A stretch of 64,000 nucleotides of DNA. Origin: Nitrospirales bacterium (GTDB lineage Bacteria; Nitrospirota; Nitrospiria; Nitrospirales; UBA8639). The position numbers and the translations under genes are program-made. Below the pieces are notes generated by a model. The model had not been told where the DNA came from and made no database searches. It was given only the letters and a program-made list of their open reading frames with translations. Shown here piece after piece: positions 20,717 through 30,372 of this stretch (position 1 is its first letter; every line of letters begins with the position of its first letter). The stretch lies in assembly GCA_965203295.1 (NCBI GenBank), contig CBDBCZ010000019.1, positions 672,001 through 736,000 of the forward strand, given 5' to 3'.

Positions 20717-21222
20717 ATGAAATGTGAAATGAATCGGAGGACGTTATTGAAAATCGGGGGCGTCGTAGGGATAAGCCTGATGGCCAAATCCTTGAGGTTC
20801 TCCCAAGCCTTGGCGCGTGAATCTCAACAGGACTTTTTGATCGTAAAGACCGACGAAGAATGGCGTGCTATGCTCACAACTGAGCAGTATCGTGTTTTGA
20901 GGCAGGAGGCAACGGAGCCTCCCTTTACCAATACCTTCAATGACAACAAGGTCCGTGGCATCTACCATTGCGCAGGATGTGATTTGCCATTATTTTCATT
21001 CGAGACGAAATACGATAGTTAAACCGGATTGCCGAGTTTTTGGGAGCCGATTTCAGCCTTGGCTATTGGGATCAAAACAGATTGGCTATTAATTTATCCG
21101 AGGACTGAAGTTCACTGTGCTCGCTGCGGTGGACATCAGGGACATGTGTTAAAGATGGACCACCACCGACAGGTCTACGCTATTGCATCAATTCTGCCGC
21201 GTTAGTATTTAGGTCTGCGTAA
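20717..21222 (+). pseudogene. msrB: Peptide-methionine (R)-S-oxide reductase MsrB with Tat-like signal, disrupted
   Basis: NRRTLLK signal, ATEPPF, CAGC, TKYDS*TGLPSF (TAA 21020-21022), [16 protein letters not shown], 1-bp deletion near 21150, then [14 protein letters not shown]. Confidence 0.9.
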
Positions 21223-21361
21223 CAGAAGGGCCGACATGGGGCCAAGAGTCTTTTGACATGGTTACGGTGGATTCCTGAGAGTGCAGCAAGAACCTGCAAG
21301 GGCGGAAACTGTTTGGAAGGGGTTAAAAAACGGGCCCAGGCTAAGAGATCCTGACGTTTAA

Positions 21362-21553
21362 TTATCCCGCCTTTTGCACACATCCTGACCGCAAACATCG
21401 GGTGCACACTCGAATGCGCTTTGCGGCTCCATTCACGAAAGCCCTGACTGTTTGAAGATTGGGTCGAAAGATTCGTTTGGTTCTATTATTGGCGTGGCTC
21501 ACGTTATTTCCGGTCATCCGTTTCTTTCCACAAAAAGAGCATGCAAATGCCAT
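21362..21553 (-). CDS. rpmB: 50S ribosomal protein L28 (Zn-ribbon type)
   Basis: [31 protein letters not shown]. Confidence 0.96.
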   Translation of the reverse strand: MAFACSFCGKKRMTGNNVSHANNRTKRIFRPNLQTVRAFVNGAAKRIRVCTRCLRSGCVQKAG

Positions 21554-21742
21554 GACGACTAACCTCCCTCAAGATCATTGTGACGGTAGTTCTTTCTTGT
21601 TACCATAGGGCAGGGTTTCTTGACAAGCCTGCAGAGGGTCTTTCTGATAATTTTGTGACATAGACGAGGAAAACCCTTGAAATATCAAGGAGAAAGATTC
21701 TCACAAGCCGTCTCTATAGTTCTTCCGAATGTATGACATGAA

Positions 21743-24463
21743 ATGAATCAAGGGCCGTCCAATTCAGCCGACGATTCCCTCAAAACGATTCTTGACCATA
21801 TAGCCCGTCCTATTGAATTTGCCACGCGTAGCGATCCTGCTCGTCTTCCAAACATCAAAAATCTTAGCTCGTTTATCTCGCACCAGGTGCTCCAAGCTTT
21901 AGGACAAACCGTCCGTCCAGCTCATATTGAAGCAGACCTACTGGCCCTTCGAGAGTTATTTAAGGATAGTGCCGGACAATTTTCCACGCAATCCTACCGA
22001 TCTCGTCTCCATCAAGCTCGAGAAATTCTTGCAAGACTTCAACGCTCCATAAACATACAGTCAGGGGAGTCCAGACTGAAGAATGAAAGAAGGACTCAGC
22101 CGTCGACTGCATACCATGAAGTAGGAGAGCTCGTGGGGAAAGGTGTAAAGGAAACTGAAAGACTCCCAAAAGACATGTCAGCTCATTCATACCAAAAATC
22201 GGGCTTGGTATCGGAAGGTCCTCAACCTTCAGGAGACCCAGAAACCCAGGACAGGGTTTGGGAACTCCCTATTCGTTTTGCTAAAGGGGTAGGACCCAAA
22301 CGGGCTCCCCTTTTTGAGAAGTTGGGAGTTTTCACCCTTGAAGATGCCTTTTGGAATGTGCCCTGGCGCTATGAAGACCGATCACAGATTGCTCCCATAT
22401 CCACCTTAGGGCCGGGTCGCTCCGTGACGATTTCTGGGATCATTCAGGCTTCTCATTTAAGGTATACACGTGGACGGAGAATGACCTTGCTCACGTTGAA
22501 TGTGTGTGATCAAACAGGATGTGTGGAAGTGGTGTTCTTCAACCAACCATATTTAGAAAAACTATTGACCAAAGGGAGCAGAGTTATTCTCAGTGGTATA
22601 GTAACTCCTGCCCCCAAAGGATCGCCTGCTCTCCAGATGCGAGCCCCGAATTATGAGGTGTGGCAGCAAGAGGAAGATGCCTTACTCCACGTAGGACGAG
22701 TGGTTTCGATTTATCATGAAACTCAAAGTTTCAGCTCCAGACAGATGAGAAGGATTATGAAAGGCCTATGTGATCGCTCTCTTGGCGAATTAGAAGAATG
22801 TCTTCCCATTGATATTCGGAATCGTTACAGCCTTCCTCCAATTCATGAGGTGATGAGGGAAATTCATTTCCCAAGTGGAGTGCATAGACTAGAGTCACTC
22901 AATGAATGGGGTTCTCCGGCTCACAAACGCTTGGCCTTTGAAGAAAGCTTTTTGTTTCAATTGGCCATGGCCATTCGCAGGCGAAAGAATGAAGACGAAC
23001 TCCCTGGCATTGCCTTTCACAAATCCTCAGAAATGTTGACTAGGCTTCGCGAAAGCCTGCCCTTTCAGCTCACCGAGACGCAAAATCGAGTGATAGAGGA
23101 AATTTTTTCCGATATGGGACGACCGACACCGATGAATCGCTTGATTCAAGGAGATGTGGGATCGGGGAAAACGATTGTGGCCTTTCATGCCATGGTCTTG
23201 GCCTGCGGATCTGGGTATCAGACTGCTCTTATGGCCCCGACGGAAATTTTAGCCGAGCAGCATTACTTCTCAATGCAACAACTTCTTGCTGCCATAGGCT
23301 TGAAGGCCAGCGTGATCAAAGGCGGGATCCCCAAAAAAGAACGAGCCAGAATTTTAGAGGATATTCGAGAAGGGAGGATCCAAGTGGTCATTGGGACTCA
23401 CGCCCTCCTTCAGCAAGATGTTGAGTTTGCCAAACTCGGGTTGGTGGTCGTGGATGAGCAACATAAATTTGGCGTGTTACAACGGGCGACCTTACGATCG
23501 AAGGGGATTCATCCTGATGTCTTAGTGATGACGGCCACGCCAATTCCGAGGACGTTGGCCATGACGGCATATGGAGATTTGTATGTCTCAATTATTGATA
23601 GTCTCCCTCCGGGACGAAAGCCAATTCAGACGTTGCTCTATCGGCGAAGCGAACGAAAGCATGCCTATAAGAAACTTCAGACCGAGGTGTCAGCTGGGCG
23701 GCAAGTGTATGTCGTGTACCCCTTACTGGACGAATCTAAAAAGGTTGACCTCGAGGCAGCGACGCAAGCGGCTGAGCGATTACAGGAAGAAGAATTCCCG
23801 TCCTTTCGAGTGGGCCTTCTGCATGGAAGAATGAAGTCTGATGAAAAGGCCAACACTATGTTGGAATTTAAAGACGGGAAAATTGACATCCTCGTGGCCA
23901 CTACTGTGATTGAAGTTGGCATGGATGTGCCGAATGCCACCGTTATGCTCATTGAGCATGCTGACCGATTTGGGTTGGCCCAACTCCATCAATTGCGAGG
24001 ACGTGTAGGTCGGGGAGCCGATCAATCACTATGCCTGTTGGTCAGTGCCTCTTCTCATCGGGCGTCAACGGGGAAGACGATGAAAAATCATGGAACTGCA
24101 TCTCTACGACTCCCTTTGGAACAGAAGGCTCCTCTGGGGTTTCCTCAATTTCCTGGCACGAATATGACATCAGCAGGTCACCGGCTACAGGCAATGGTTC
24201 ATTCCTCCGATGGGTTTGTCATTGCCGAAGAAGATTTACGCATTCGGGGTCCTGGGGAATTTCTCGGGATTCGTCAATGGGGAGGGCCGGGGTTTAAAGT
24301 GGTAAACTTCATTCGTGATGGAATGATCATCGAGCAGGCCCGTCAGGAAGCCTTTTCCTTAATTGAAAAGGATCCCGACTTATCTGATCCTGCCCTTGTC
24401 CCTCTGAAGGCAACCTTTCTACGCCGGTGGCAAGGCAAATTTGATTTAGGAAGCGTGGGATAA
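21743..24463 (+). CDS. recG: ATP-dependent DNA helicase RecG with N-terminal extension
   Basis: QGDVGSGKT, DEQHKFG, TATPIPRT, QLHQLRGRVGRG, DLRIRGPGE. Confidence 0.97.
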   Translation: MNQGPSNSADDSLKTILDHIARPIEFATRSDPARLPNIKNLSSFISHQVLQALGQTVRPAHIEADLLALRELFKDSAGQFSTQSYRSRLHQAREILARLQRSINIQSGESRLKNERRTQPSTAYHEVGELVGKGVKETERLPKDMSAHSYQKSGLVSEGPQPSGDPETQDRVWELPIRFAKGVGPKRAPLFEKLGVFTLEDAFWNVPWRYEDRSQIAPISTLGPGRSVTISGIIQASHLRYTRGRRMTLLTLNVCDQTGCVEVVFFNQPYLEKLLTKGSRVILSGIVTPAPKGSPALQMRAPNYEVWQQEEDALLHVGRVVSIYHETQSFSSRQMRRIMKGLCDRSLGELEECLPIDIRNRYSLPPIHEVMREIHFPSGVHRLESLNEWGSPAHKRLAFEESFLFQLAMAIRRRKNEDELPGIAFHKSSEMLTRLRESLPFQLTETQNRVIEEIFSDMGRPTPMNRLIQGDVGSGKTIVAFHAMVLACGSGYQTALMAPTEILAEQHYFSMQQLLAAIGLKASVIKGGIPKKERARILEDIREGRIQVVIGTHALLQQDVEFAKLGLVVVDEQHKFGVLQRATLRSKGIHPDVLVMTATPIPRTLAMTAYGDLYVSIIDSLPPGRKPIQTLLYRRSERKHAYKKLQTEVSAGRQVYVVYPLLDESKKVDLEAATQAAERLQEEEFPSFRVGLLHGRMKSDEKANTMLEFKDGKIDILVATTVIEVGMDVPNATVMLIEHADRFGLAQLHQLRGRVGRGADQSLCLLVSASSHRASTGKTMKNHGTASLRLPLEQKAPLGFPQFPGTNMTSAGHRLQAMVHSSDGFVIAEEDLRIRGPGEFLGIRQWGGPGFKVVNFIRDGMIIEQARQEAFSLIEKDPDLSDPALVPLKATFLRRWQGKFDLGSVG

Positions 24464-24469
24464 ATAGAC

Positions 24470-25435
24470 ATGCGTTTGGCGGGAATTGATATCGGAACCT
24501 TGACCTGCCGTTTGCTCATTGCAGACGTGGGGAAGAACGGGCAAATGACACAACTGTTCTCCGATCGGAAAATTTTACGGCTCGGTGAGGGTGTTGATGA
24601 AGATAAACGACTTAAGCCTGAAGCCATGGCTCGTGTGTCCAAAACAGTGCGCGGTTGGCGACAGGCAATCGAAGCACAGGGTGTGAAGATCTTTACCGCC
24701 GTTGCCACCAGTGCTGTCCGAGATGCGCAAAACCGTGACGAATTTCTCGCTCAAATGAAAGAGGAAACCGGAATTGAGATCGAGGTCATTAGTGGAGAGG
24801 AAGAAGCCAGGCGAACGTTATTGGGAATTCGCTCGAGGTTACCGGATGGGGTCACTGACCTACTGGCTCTTGATATCGGAGGAGGAAGTATAGAGTTCAT
24901 CTTTAGCCGGAATGAGCAGAAACCCAACGTTATCTCTCTCGATGTAGGTGTCGTTCGCATCACAGAGAGATTTTTTAAAACCGATCCTCCTGCAAAACAG
25001 GAAATTCACGATGCAGAACAGATGATCATCAGTCTGACAAAAGAAGCGATGAACCGGATTGGCGAAATCGGGAAGGTCATGTTTGTCGGAACAGCCGGAA
25101 CCATTACGACGCTTTCGGCAATGGCGCAGGGCCTCACAACCTATGATCCTGCTAAAATTCACAACTATTCCCTCGAACTCTCAACAGTTAGGAAAATGGA
25201 GAAAGATCTCTTCCATCAAACAAAAGCTTCACGCTGTGGCCTAGCTGGGCTCGAGCCAGGTCGAGAGGAAGTCATTGTGGCTGGGATACTCATTCTTCGA
25301 TGCATCATGGAACATCTTGGGCATGACCGCTGTCTCGTCAGCGAATATGGGCTGCGGGAAGGGGTGTTAGTCGATTTGGCAAATCGGCATTATAATTTTG
25401 TTGGGAGTGATCAGAATAGAAACACTAAATTATGA
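24470..25435 (+). CDS. ppx: Ppx/GppA phosphatase (short form)
   Basis: IDIGT, ATSAVRDA, GEEEA, DIGGGSIE, GLREG. Confidence 0.9.
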   Translation: MRLAGIDIGTLTCRLLIADVGKNGQMTQLFSDRKILRLGEGVDEDKRLKPEAMARVSKTVRGWRQAIEAQGVKIFTAVATSAVRDAQNRDEFLAQMKEETGIEIEVISGEEEARRTLLGIRSRLPDGVTDLLALDIGGGSIEFIFSRNEQKPNVISLDVGVVRITERFFKTDPPAKQEIHDAEQMIISLTKEAMNRIGEIGKVMFVGTAGTITTLSAMAQGLTTYDPAKIHNYSLELSTVRKMEKDLFHQTKASRCGLAGLEPGREEVIVAGILILRCIMEHLGHDRCLVSEYGLREGVLVDLANRHYNFVGSDQNRNTKL

Positions 25436-25750
25436 AATATTCAAATGAGTTGCGAGGTATCTCCACTCTCGAAATCGGTCGAATTCAGGGATAGGGTAGA
25501 CAAGAAAAGGACAACTGTTAGCCACCATTTTGTCCCACTTTTTTGGTCCTTTTACTCATCATACGGCCGAAAAGGAGCAGCTGAAACTCTCGTTACGCAT
25601 AAATCTCTGTTGAAGGGAAAGGAAGGTTTTTGATGATTTGTGGCGTAATAGTGATTCTCGGCGAGCGTTTGGTCTTTTTGACGAGTTTCTCAAAAAATTC
25701 TCGGATTTCGATTTCATCCAGCATTCGTTGATTAATAGCTTCTTCTTTTA

Positions 25751-25944
25751 ACCCGAATTCAGTAGTTGAAATCTGTGCCTCTTATTCACAGCTTGGGACT
25801 TGGGTAACTCAAAAGTTCAAGAATTTTGACTGGTTTGAACTGCGCCGCAGTTGAACGATGCCTAAGTCTGTATTTTTCAATAGAAACCTACTGCTGAATT
25901 CGCGTTATTGAGGGTCCTGAAAATATGAACTGCTGAATTCGGGT
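25751..25944. mobile_element. IS982-like MITE or internally deleted IS
   Basis: Terminal inverted repeats ACCCGAATTCAGTAGTT and AACTGCTGAATTCGGGT; a third IR-like copy ends at 25905; no transposase. Confidence 0.65.
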
Positions 25945-25989
25945 TTAATCTCAACACGAGCAAGAACATCTGATGGTGAACAACGGGGG

Positions 25990-27109
25990 TAATCACAATT
26001 TTCCCATTAACGGTCGCTCGCTTGGGGCAGTGCAGGATCAATTTGTGCGCTGTATCCTCCAGGTGAAACCGCGTTTGCTCCTGGACGCGCGAACGCAGTG
26101 GCAGTGGTGATAGGCAACCAGGGGAACGACGCTCAGGGGCGGATCGAACTCCCAGGGACAGTGATCCAGCCAGGCTTCCGGGCCGTCACCATTGCCCCGG
26201 CCATGGCCTCAACTCAGGTGCCAGTTCGCTTCCGTGATGGGACGCCTGAGCACCATGCACCGTTGATTGCAGCGCTGCAGCAGCAACTCGGTGACGTCCA
26301 GATCGTCGGCCAGGAGACTTTGCTCAATTTGTGGTAGATGTGACGGGTGACACCGTGCAAGTGGTGAGTGCGGATGGGCTTGAAGAAGTCGCATCGTTCC
26401 CCAATCCCCAAAGTGCCAAATCCCCAAACGGTCTGGCGTGTATCATTGCTCGATCCCAAAGAACTTCGGAGCTGTTGGCCCTATACAATCCGTTTTCACA
26501 GATTCGCTTGGAGGCTTACGTTGTCAGAACGATGGGCAAGCGAGGCATCAAGAATTTACCAGATATGAAGGCGCCAACGTACTGGATTCGGTATAGAGGG
26601 GATCCCCGAACATTGACGAATAGCTTGTAATTAGAGATGAAGACGAATAAGGACTGCTTCCTCACCATCATGGATGTGGACGCAGAAGGAGGGGTCAATC
26701 TGCTCTTTCCGAACAAGTTTTCAGAGAGGAAAGGCTTCTATCCAAATGGGCTAGTCATCGGGGAGAAGAATGCCCTAGTGAATGTACGAATTCCGGATGC
26801 TCTCCAGCCAGGAAACCAAGCAGGATTTCATTGGGACTACACGCCGCCGCCCGGGCGGATACGCTCCGTGTGTTCGCTAGCACAGACTTGGAGACAGCAG
26901 AAACGATTCGCCAGTTTGTGCAAAACCTTATGCGTGACCCTAATGTGCTCACACGTGGAGGCCTCACTTCGGGGTTCACGAGTCTGGGTCGTGAGCTTAC
27001 TGGCCCACGGGAGCGTGGAATTACGACAGTCCCAGCCGGACCGGAGGACTCCCATCTCTTCCAGCCAGATTGGACCGTTGTTTCGGTGACTGTGGTTATT
27101 GAACCGTAG
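25990..27109 (+). pseudogene. Remnant of a large protein with a C-terminal DUF4384-like domain
   Basis: Fragments in several frames: ALYPPGETAF, TIMDVDAEGGVNLLFPN...VRIPD...WDYTPPPG, DTLRVFAS. Multiple stops and frameshifts; N-terminus missing next to IS scars. Confidence 0.6.
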
Positions 27110-27331
27110 CAGGATGGGAACCTCCAGATAGCCTCATGGCAGGGTCTGTGTTCGGGTGCCATATTGTGTTCCTCTGAGGAATGTGCCCGGAGGTGCTGGG
27201 TAAAGGTTCACGAGAGTCATCATACCATTCAGAATTTCTGAGGGAGACGCATCTCTTACCTAAGAAGGGTTGTCAGGATGGAGTTGAGGAGGAAGGGTCT
27301 CACAGGTTTGAGGGATTCAACCCAGATGGAC

Positions 27332-28840
27332 TCAACGCTGGCTATACCACCGAAAGCCTTTTGATTCTTGGTAGGCGGGACGTTGATACCCGCCGGGCTT
27401 TTCGATGATTAACACCTTAAAATCCCAGAGCCCGAACCAGGCGGGATCCAGCACGCTGTGATAATGGAGCCCAGTCAGCCTTGACAGTTTTTCTCCGAGG
27501 GCTTTCTCTAATTCAGTCTCAGTATAGGCCCGCACACTAAACGGGTGTTCTTCGGCTTTGCAAAATCGACGAATGGCATAGGCCGCGCCCGTGCACAACA
27601 CTTGCGTTTCCCGTTTAATCGAAAGAAATTGTGGAAGCGTGGTGTACTGTTCTCGAAAGCCGAGCCACCGGGCAGCATGCCGAAGGTGAGAAAATTGCAC
27701 TTCGTATTCCGTATGTCTTGGTAGACGAACGGGATCAGGCCATCCGGTTTCAATGCCGAATTCAATCGATAGCGCTCGCCCGCCTGGTTTTATAACTCGC
27801 CACAGTTCCATAAGGAATTTGATTGCTCCAGAATTGAAAATCACCTCCTCGGGAAAAGGCTGATCCAAACTGAGACGGAGTCGGCGAATCAGATCGATGG
27901 CTTCCTCATGTTCTGGTGTTACCCCCTTTCCGGATTCCAGTTCTTCCTTGGTCAGTTGGGTGGGAGTCATGTCCGCGAGATTTTCGTTATCGATAACAAG
28001 GTCGACGCTCGCATCTGCTAATGGAAGACATTCGGCATTGCCATGAATGGCTTTCGCCTCCCAACCAGCTTCAGTGGCGAGTCTGACTTGCGAATTCAGA
28101 AATGGGCGAGTCAGGTCGAGAAAGACGTACTGAATTCCGTTTCGTTCTGAAGGGGAGAGCTCGGCTGCCATCTCTTGGGACACGTAGCCCAATCCTGCTC
28201 CAACCTCTACGATCCGCCGTGGCTTGGGATTCCACCACTCCATTTGCTTCAACGTTTTGGCGAGTAATCGTCCGTACGTGAGTCCGTGCATCGCCTCACA
28301 AGGCTCACGAAACAAGTGGGAGACGGTGGTTTCAATAATTTCGAAGTGGCCGTGATGACCTTGAATGCCCTTATGATGAAATTCCGTTAAATGGTCTTCA
28401 CTCTCTACCGCCACGTTGCCGTGCCACTTTTCACGAACTTTTTGGATAAGAAGATCCCATTTGGCATTCACACTGTGACCACTAGGTGCCTCGTTTCCGA
28501 AATAACATAGTGAGTAGGCAGGAAGGGACCAGCGCTCCAAATGCCATTGCCCAGTTTCCTGATTGGGACCACACACCCATTTTCCGAATTGATCTAACAA
28601 ATCCCTGATCGAGGCTCGCCCATCCATGGCGCCTAAGAGGGAAGCACCCATTCGATTGAGTCGAATCAATGGGAGGTCTTCATCGAGTGGGGTCACCCAC
28701 CATTCTTCCTCACCATGTTGATACACCACGAGATCCGGCATTCGCCAAGCGCGCTGTTGCAACAGTTCGCCTTCTAAACGGAGAGGTTCTGCCATGGTAG
28801 AAGAAGAGGTAGGGAGTGTTGGAGATTCGGAGTCCGACAT
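27332..28840 (-). CDS. Class I SAM methyltransferase (MidA/NDUFAF7-like motifs) with N-terminal PqqD/RRE-like domain
   Basis: VEVGAGLG, NENLADM, SIEFG, VQFSHL. N-terminal IRLNRMGASLLGAMDGRASIRDLL resembles the PqqD/RRE pattern. Confidence 0.75.
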   Translation of the reverse strand: MSDSESPTLPTSSSTMAEPLRLEGELLQQRAWRMPDLVVYQHGEEEWWVTPLDEDLPLIRLNRMGASLLGAMDGRASIRDLLDQFGKWVCGPNQETGQWHLERWSLPAYSLCYFGNEAPSGHSVNAKWDLLIQKVREKWHGNVAVESEDHLTEFHHKGIQGHHGHFEIIETTVSHLFREPCEAMHGLTYGRLLAKTLKQMEWWNPKPRRIVEVGAGLGYVSQEMAAELSPSERNGIQYVFLDLTRPFLNSQVRLATEAGWEAKAIHGNAECLPLADASVDLVIDNENLADMTPTQLTKEELESGKGVTPEHEEAIDLIRRLRLSLDQPFPEEVIFNSGAIKFLMELWRVIKPGGRALSIEFGIETGWPDPVRLPRHTEYEVQFSHLRHAARWLGFREQYTTLPQFLSIKRETQVLCTGAAYAIRRFCKAEEHPFSVRAYTETELEKALGEKLSRLTGLHYHSVLDPAWFGLWDFKVLIIEKPGGYQRPAYQESKGFRWYSQR

Positions 28841-29557
28841 TTATCGAGTCTGTCGGATGGGGTCAGTTTCAAACACGGGCCGATACATTCCATCCCAAAA
28901 AGCGAGCCAAGCATCTGCAGTTTCCATGGCGCCGGCAGCTACACGATCCAAATCTTCAGGAGTCTTGACCGTTTTCCGGACAGCGTCTACGAGCCAACTG
29001 CTATGTGTTTGTTCTTCCAAAACATGCAATTCAAAAAATACTAAATCTTCCTGGCTGAAATGTCCGTATTTTTTGAGGCCCGGCAAGAAATATCGAAACT
29101 CGGATGCGGCCGTCATTTCTACGGCCAATTCAGCATCCAAGGCGGTGAGATAGTCAGATTCCAAGAAAAGTCGTCTGAGACTGTTGAGATAGGTGGTGAC
29201 TTCGACAATGGGTTCGGTATCGAAGAGATCGCGTGATTGAATGCCGATGGAATAGGCGAATCGTTGCAGATAACCAATATGGACATGTTCGACGGAGCCG
29301 CTTCCTAATTCAGAATACAGAATTTTAGCAAGCTCAATCCGCATTTCCAGTTCATCAATGGGAGTTCGGTACAGCAGTCCTTCCAAAACTTTCACAAATT
29401 GAAAACAAAAATAGTGATACTGTTTCACAAAAACTCGCATTTGTCGTGGGGAGAGATAGGAATCTTGGAACGCTCGAAAAAAGTCGTTGGAATTGACCGG
29501 ATGAGCTTGGAGTTCGGTCACCAGGGTTTCAAGAGAATCAATGTGAGTCGTGAGCAT
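28841..29557 (-). CDS. Heme-oxygenase-like diiron enzyme (TenA/PqqC/CADD superfamily)
   Basis: Candidate ligand set SELG...EHVH, AVE, FFELHVLEEQTH; C-terminal FWDG. Stop abuts the next ATG. Confidence 0.82.
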   Translation of the reverse strand: MLTTHIDSLETLVTELQAHPVNSNDFFRAFQDSYLSPRQMRVFVKQYHYFCFQFVKVLEGLLYRTPIDELEMRIELAKILYSELGSGSVEHVHIGYLQRFAYSIGIQSRDLFDTEPIVEVTTYLNSLRRLFLESDYLTALDAELAVEMTAASEFRYFLPGLKKYGHFSQEDLVFFELHVLEEQTHSSWLVDAVRKTVKTPEDLDRVAAGAMETADAWLAFWDGMYRPVFETDPIRQTR

Positions 29558-29611
29558 GGGAAGAGCCCCTAAAATTTCACCTCAGATAGGTTGTGGCTAT
29601 GAGAAAACTTA

Positions 29612-29641
29612 ACACTACACGATGATTTCCATCACCTGCAA
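29612..29641 (-). promoter_or_regulatory. Putative promoter for the diiron enzyme/methyltransferase pair
   Basis: TTGCAG, 18 bp spacer, TAGTGT on the minus strand; the spacer contains an imperfect palindrome. Confidence 0.3.
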
Positions 29642-29699
29642 CTATGTGGCGTGTCTGAGGGAGAAGTCATAAGAAGGGGCTGTTGAAAAGGGGAGAGCC

Positions 29700-30365
29700 T
29701 TATGGTTTTTGGACGAGTATGCTGGCATAGGCGACCTTTCCATCGTCCATTGCTTGGTATCTCAGGACTGTCAACGCGTGAAAATGGCGTAGGAGTTCGT
29801 TGGATTCCAGAAGAAATCGGCGAGGAAAACGGGATCGGTATTTCAAGTGGTCTTGGGTGTAGATTTCAACAACAGCCATACCACCCGGCTTCAGAGCCGG
29901 ATAATCTGGGGAAACAAATTCCGCTGGAGATAATTAGGTGCAAACGATCAAGTCATAGGAATCAGGGGGAAGTTTGTAAGCCTCCAGATCAACGACTTTG
30001 GTCTCAATATGGACTCCAGCCTGACGAGCCAGAGATCGCGCCTTTTCAAGACCCTGTTCAGAAATATCAACTCCTGTGACCTCGAACCCTTGTGTGGCCA
30101 AATAGACCCCGTTCCGGCCTTCACCCATGGCAATATCCAAAGCTGTTCCTTTAGGGAGTAAGCCGATGTTCTCTTTAAGGAAGGAGATCGGCTCTCTTCC
30201 CAAAATGTATTCCTCTGCGGAGTATTTCCGATTCCAACGGTCTTTGTCTTGCGGAGCAGCATAGGCGCTGACGAACATCATTCCTGTCACGATTCCCAAA
30301 GCTATAAGGAATAACAGTGAGGGTGGCCATGGCCAAGAGGTTCTTTGTGACATTTGGGCTCTCAA
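29700..30365 (-). pseudogene. TehB-like SAM methyltransferase, disrupted
   Basis: RWNRKY, LDIAMGEGRN. A +1 insertion creates TAA at 29934 and a nearby -1 deletion restores the frame. Repaired text reads TYYLQRNLFPQIIRALKPGG and ends at TAA 29700. Confidence 0.85.
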
Positions 30366-30372
30366 GAGTTGG

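Noticed and set aside
21020..21022. msrB internal stop as selenocysteine
   Set aside because: The codon is TAA, it is not at the catalytic Cys, and a frameshift follows.
28841..29557. Calling the gene pqqC or a CADD-type pABA synthase
   Set aside because: No pqqA/B/E or folate genes nearby; only the superfamily can be supported by eye.
29558..29699. Precursor peptide upstream of the diiron enzyme (MTSPSDTPHSCR, minus strand)
   Set aside because: Only 12 codons, no RBS, overlaps the putative promoter, and has no leader-like features.
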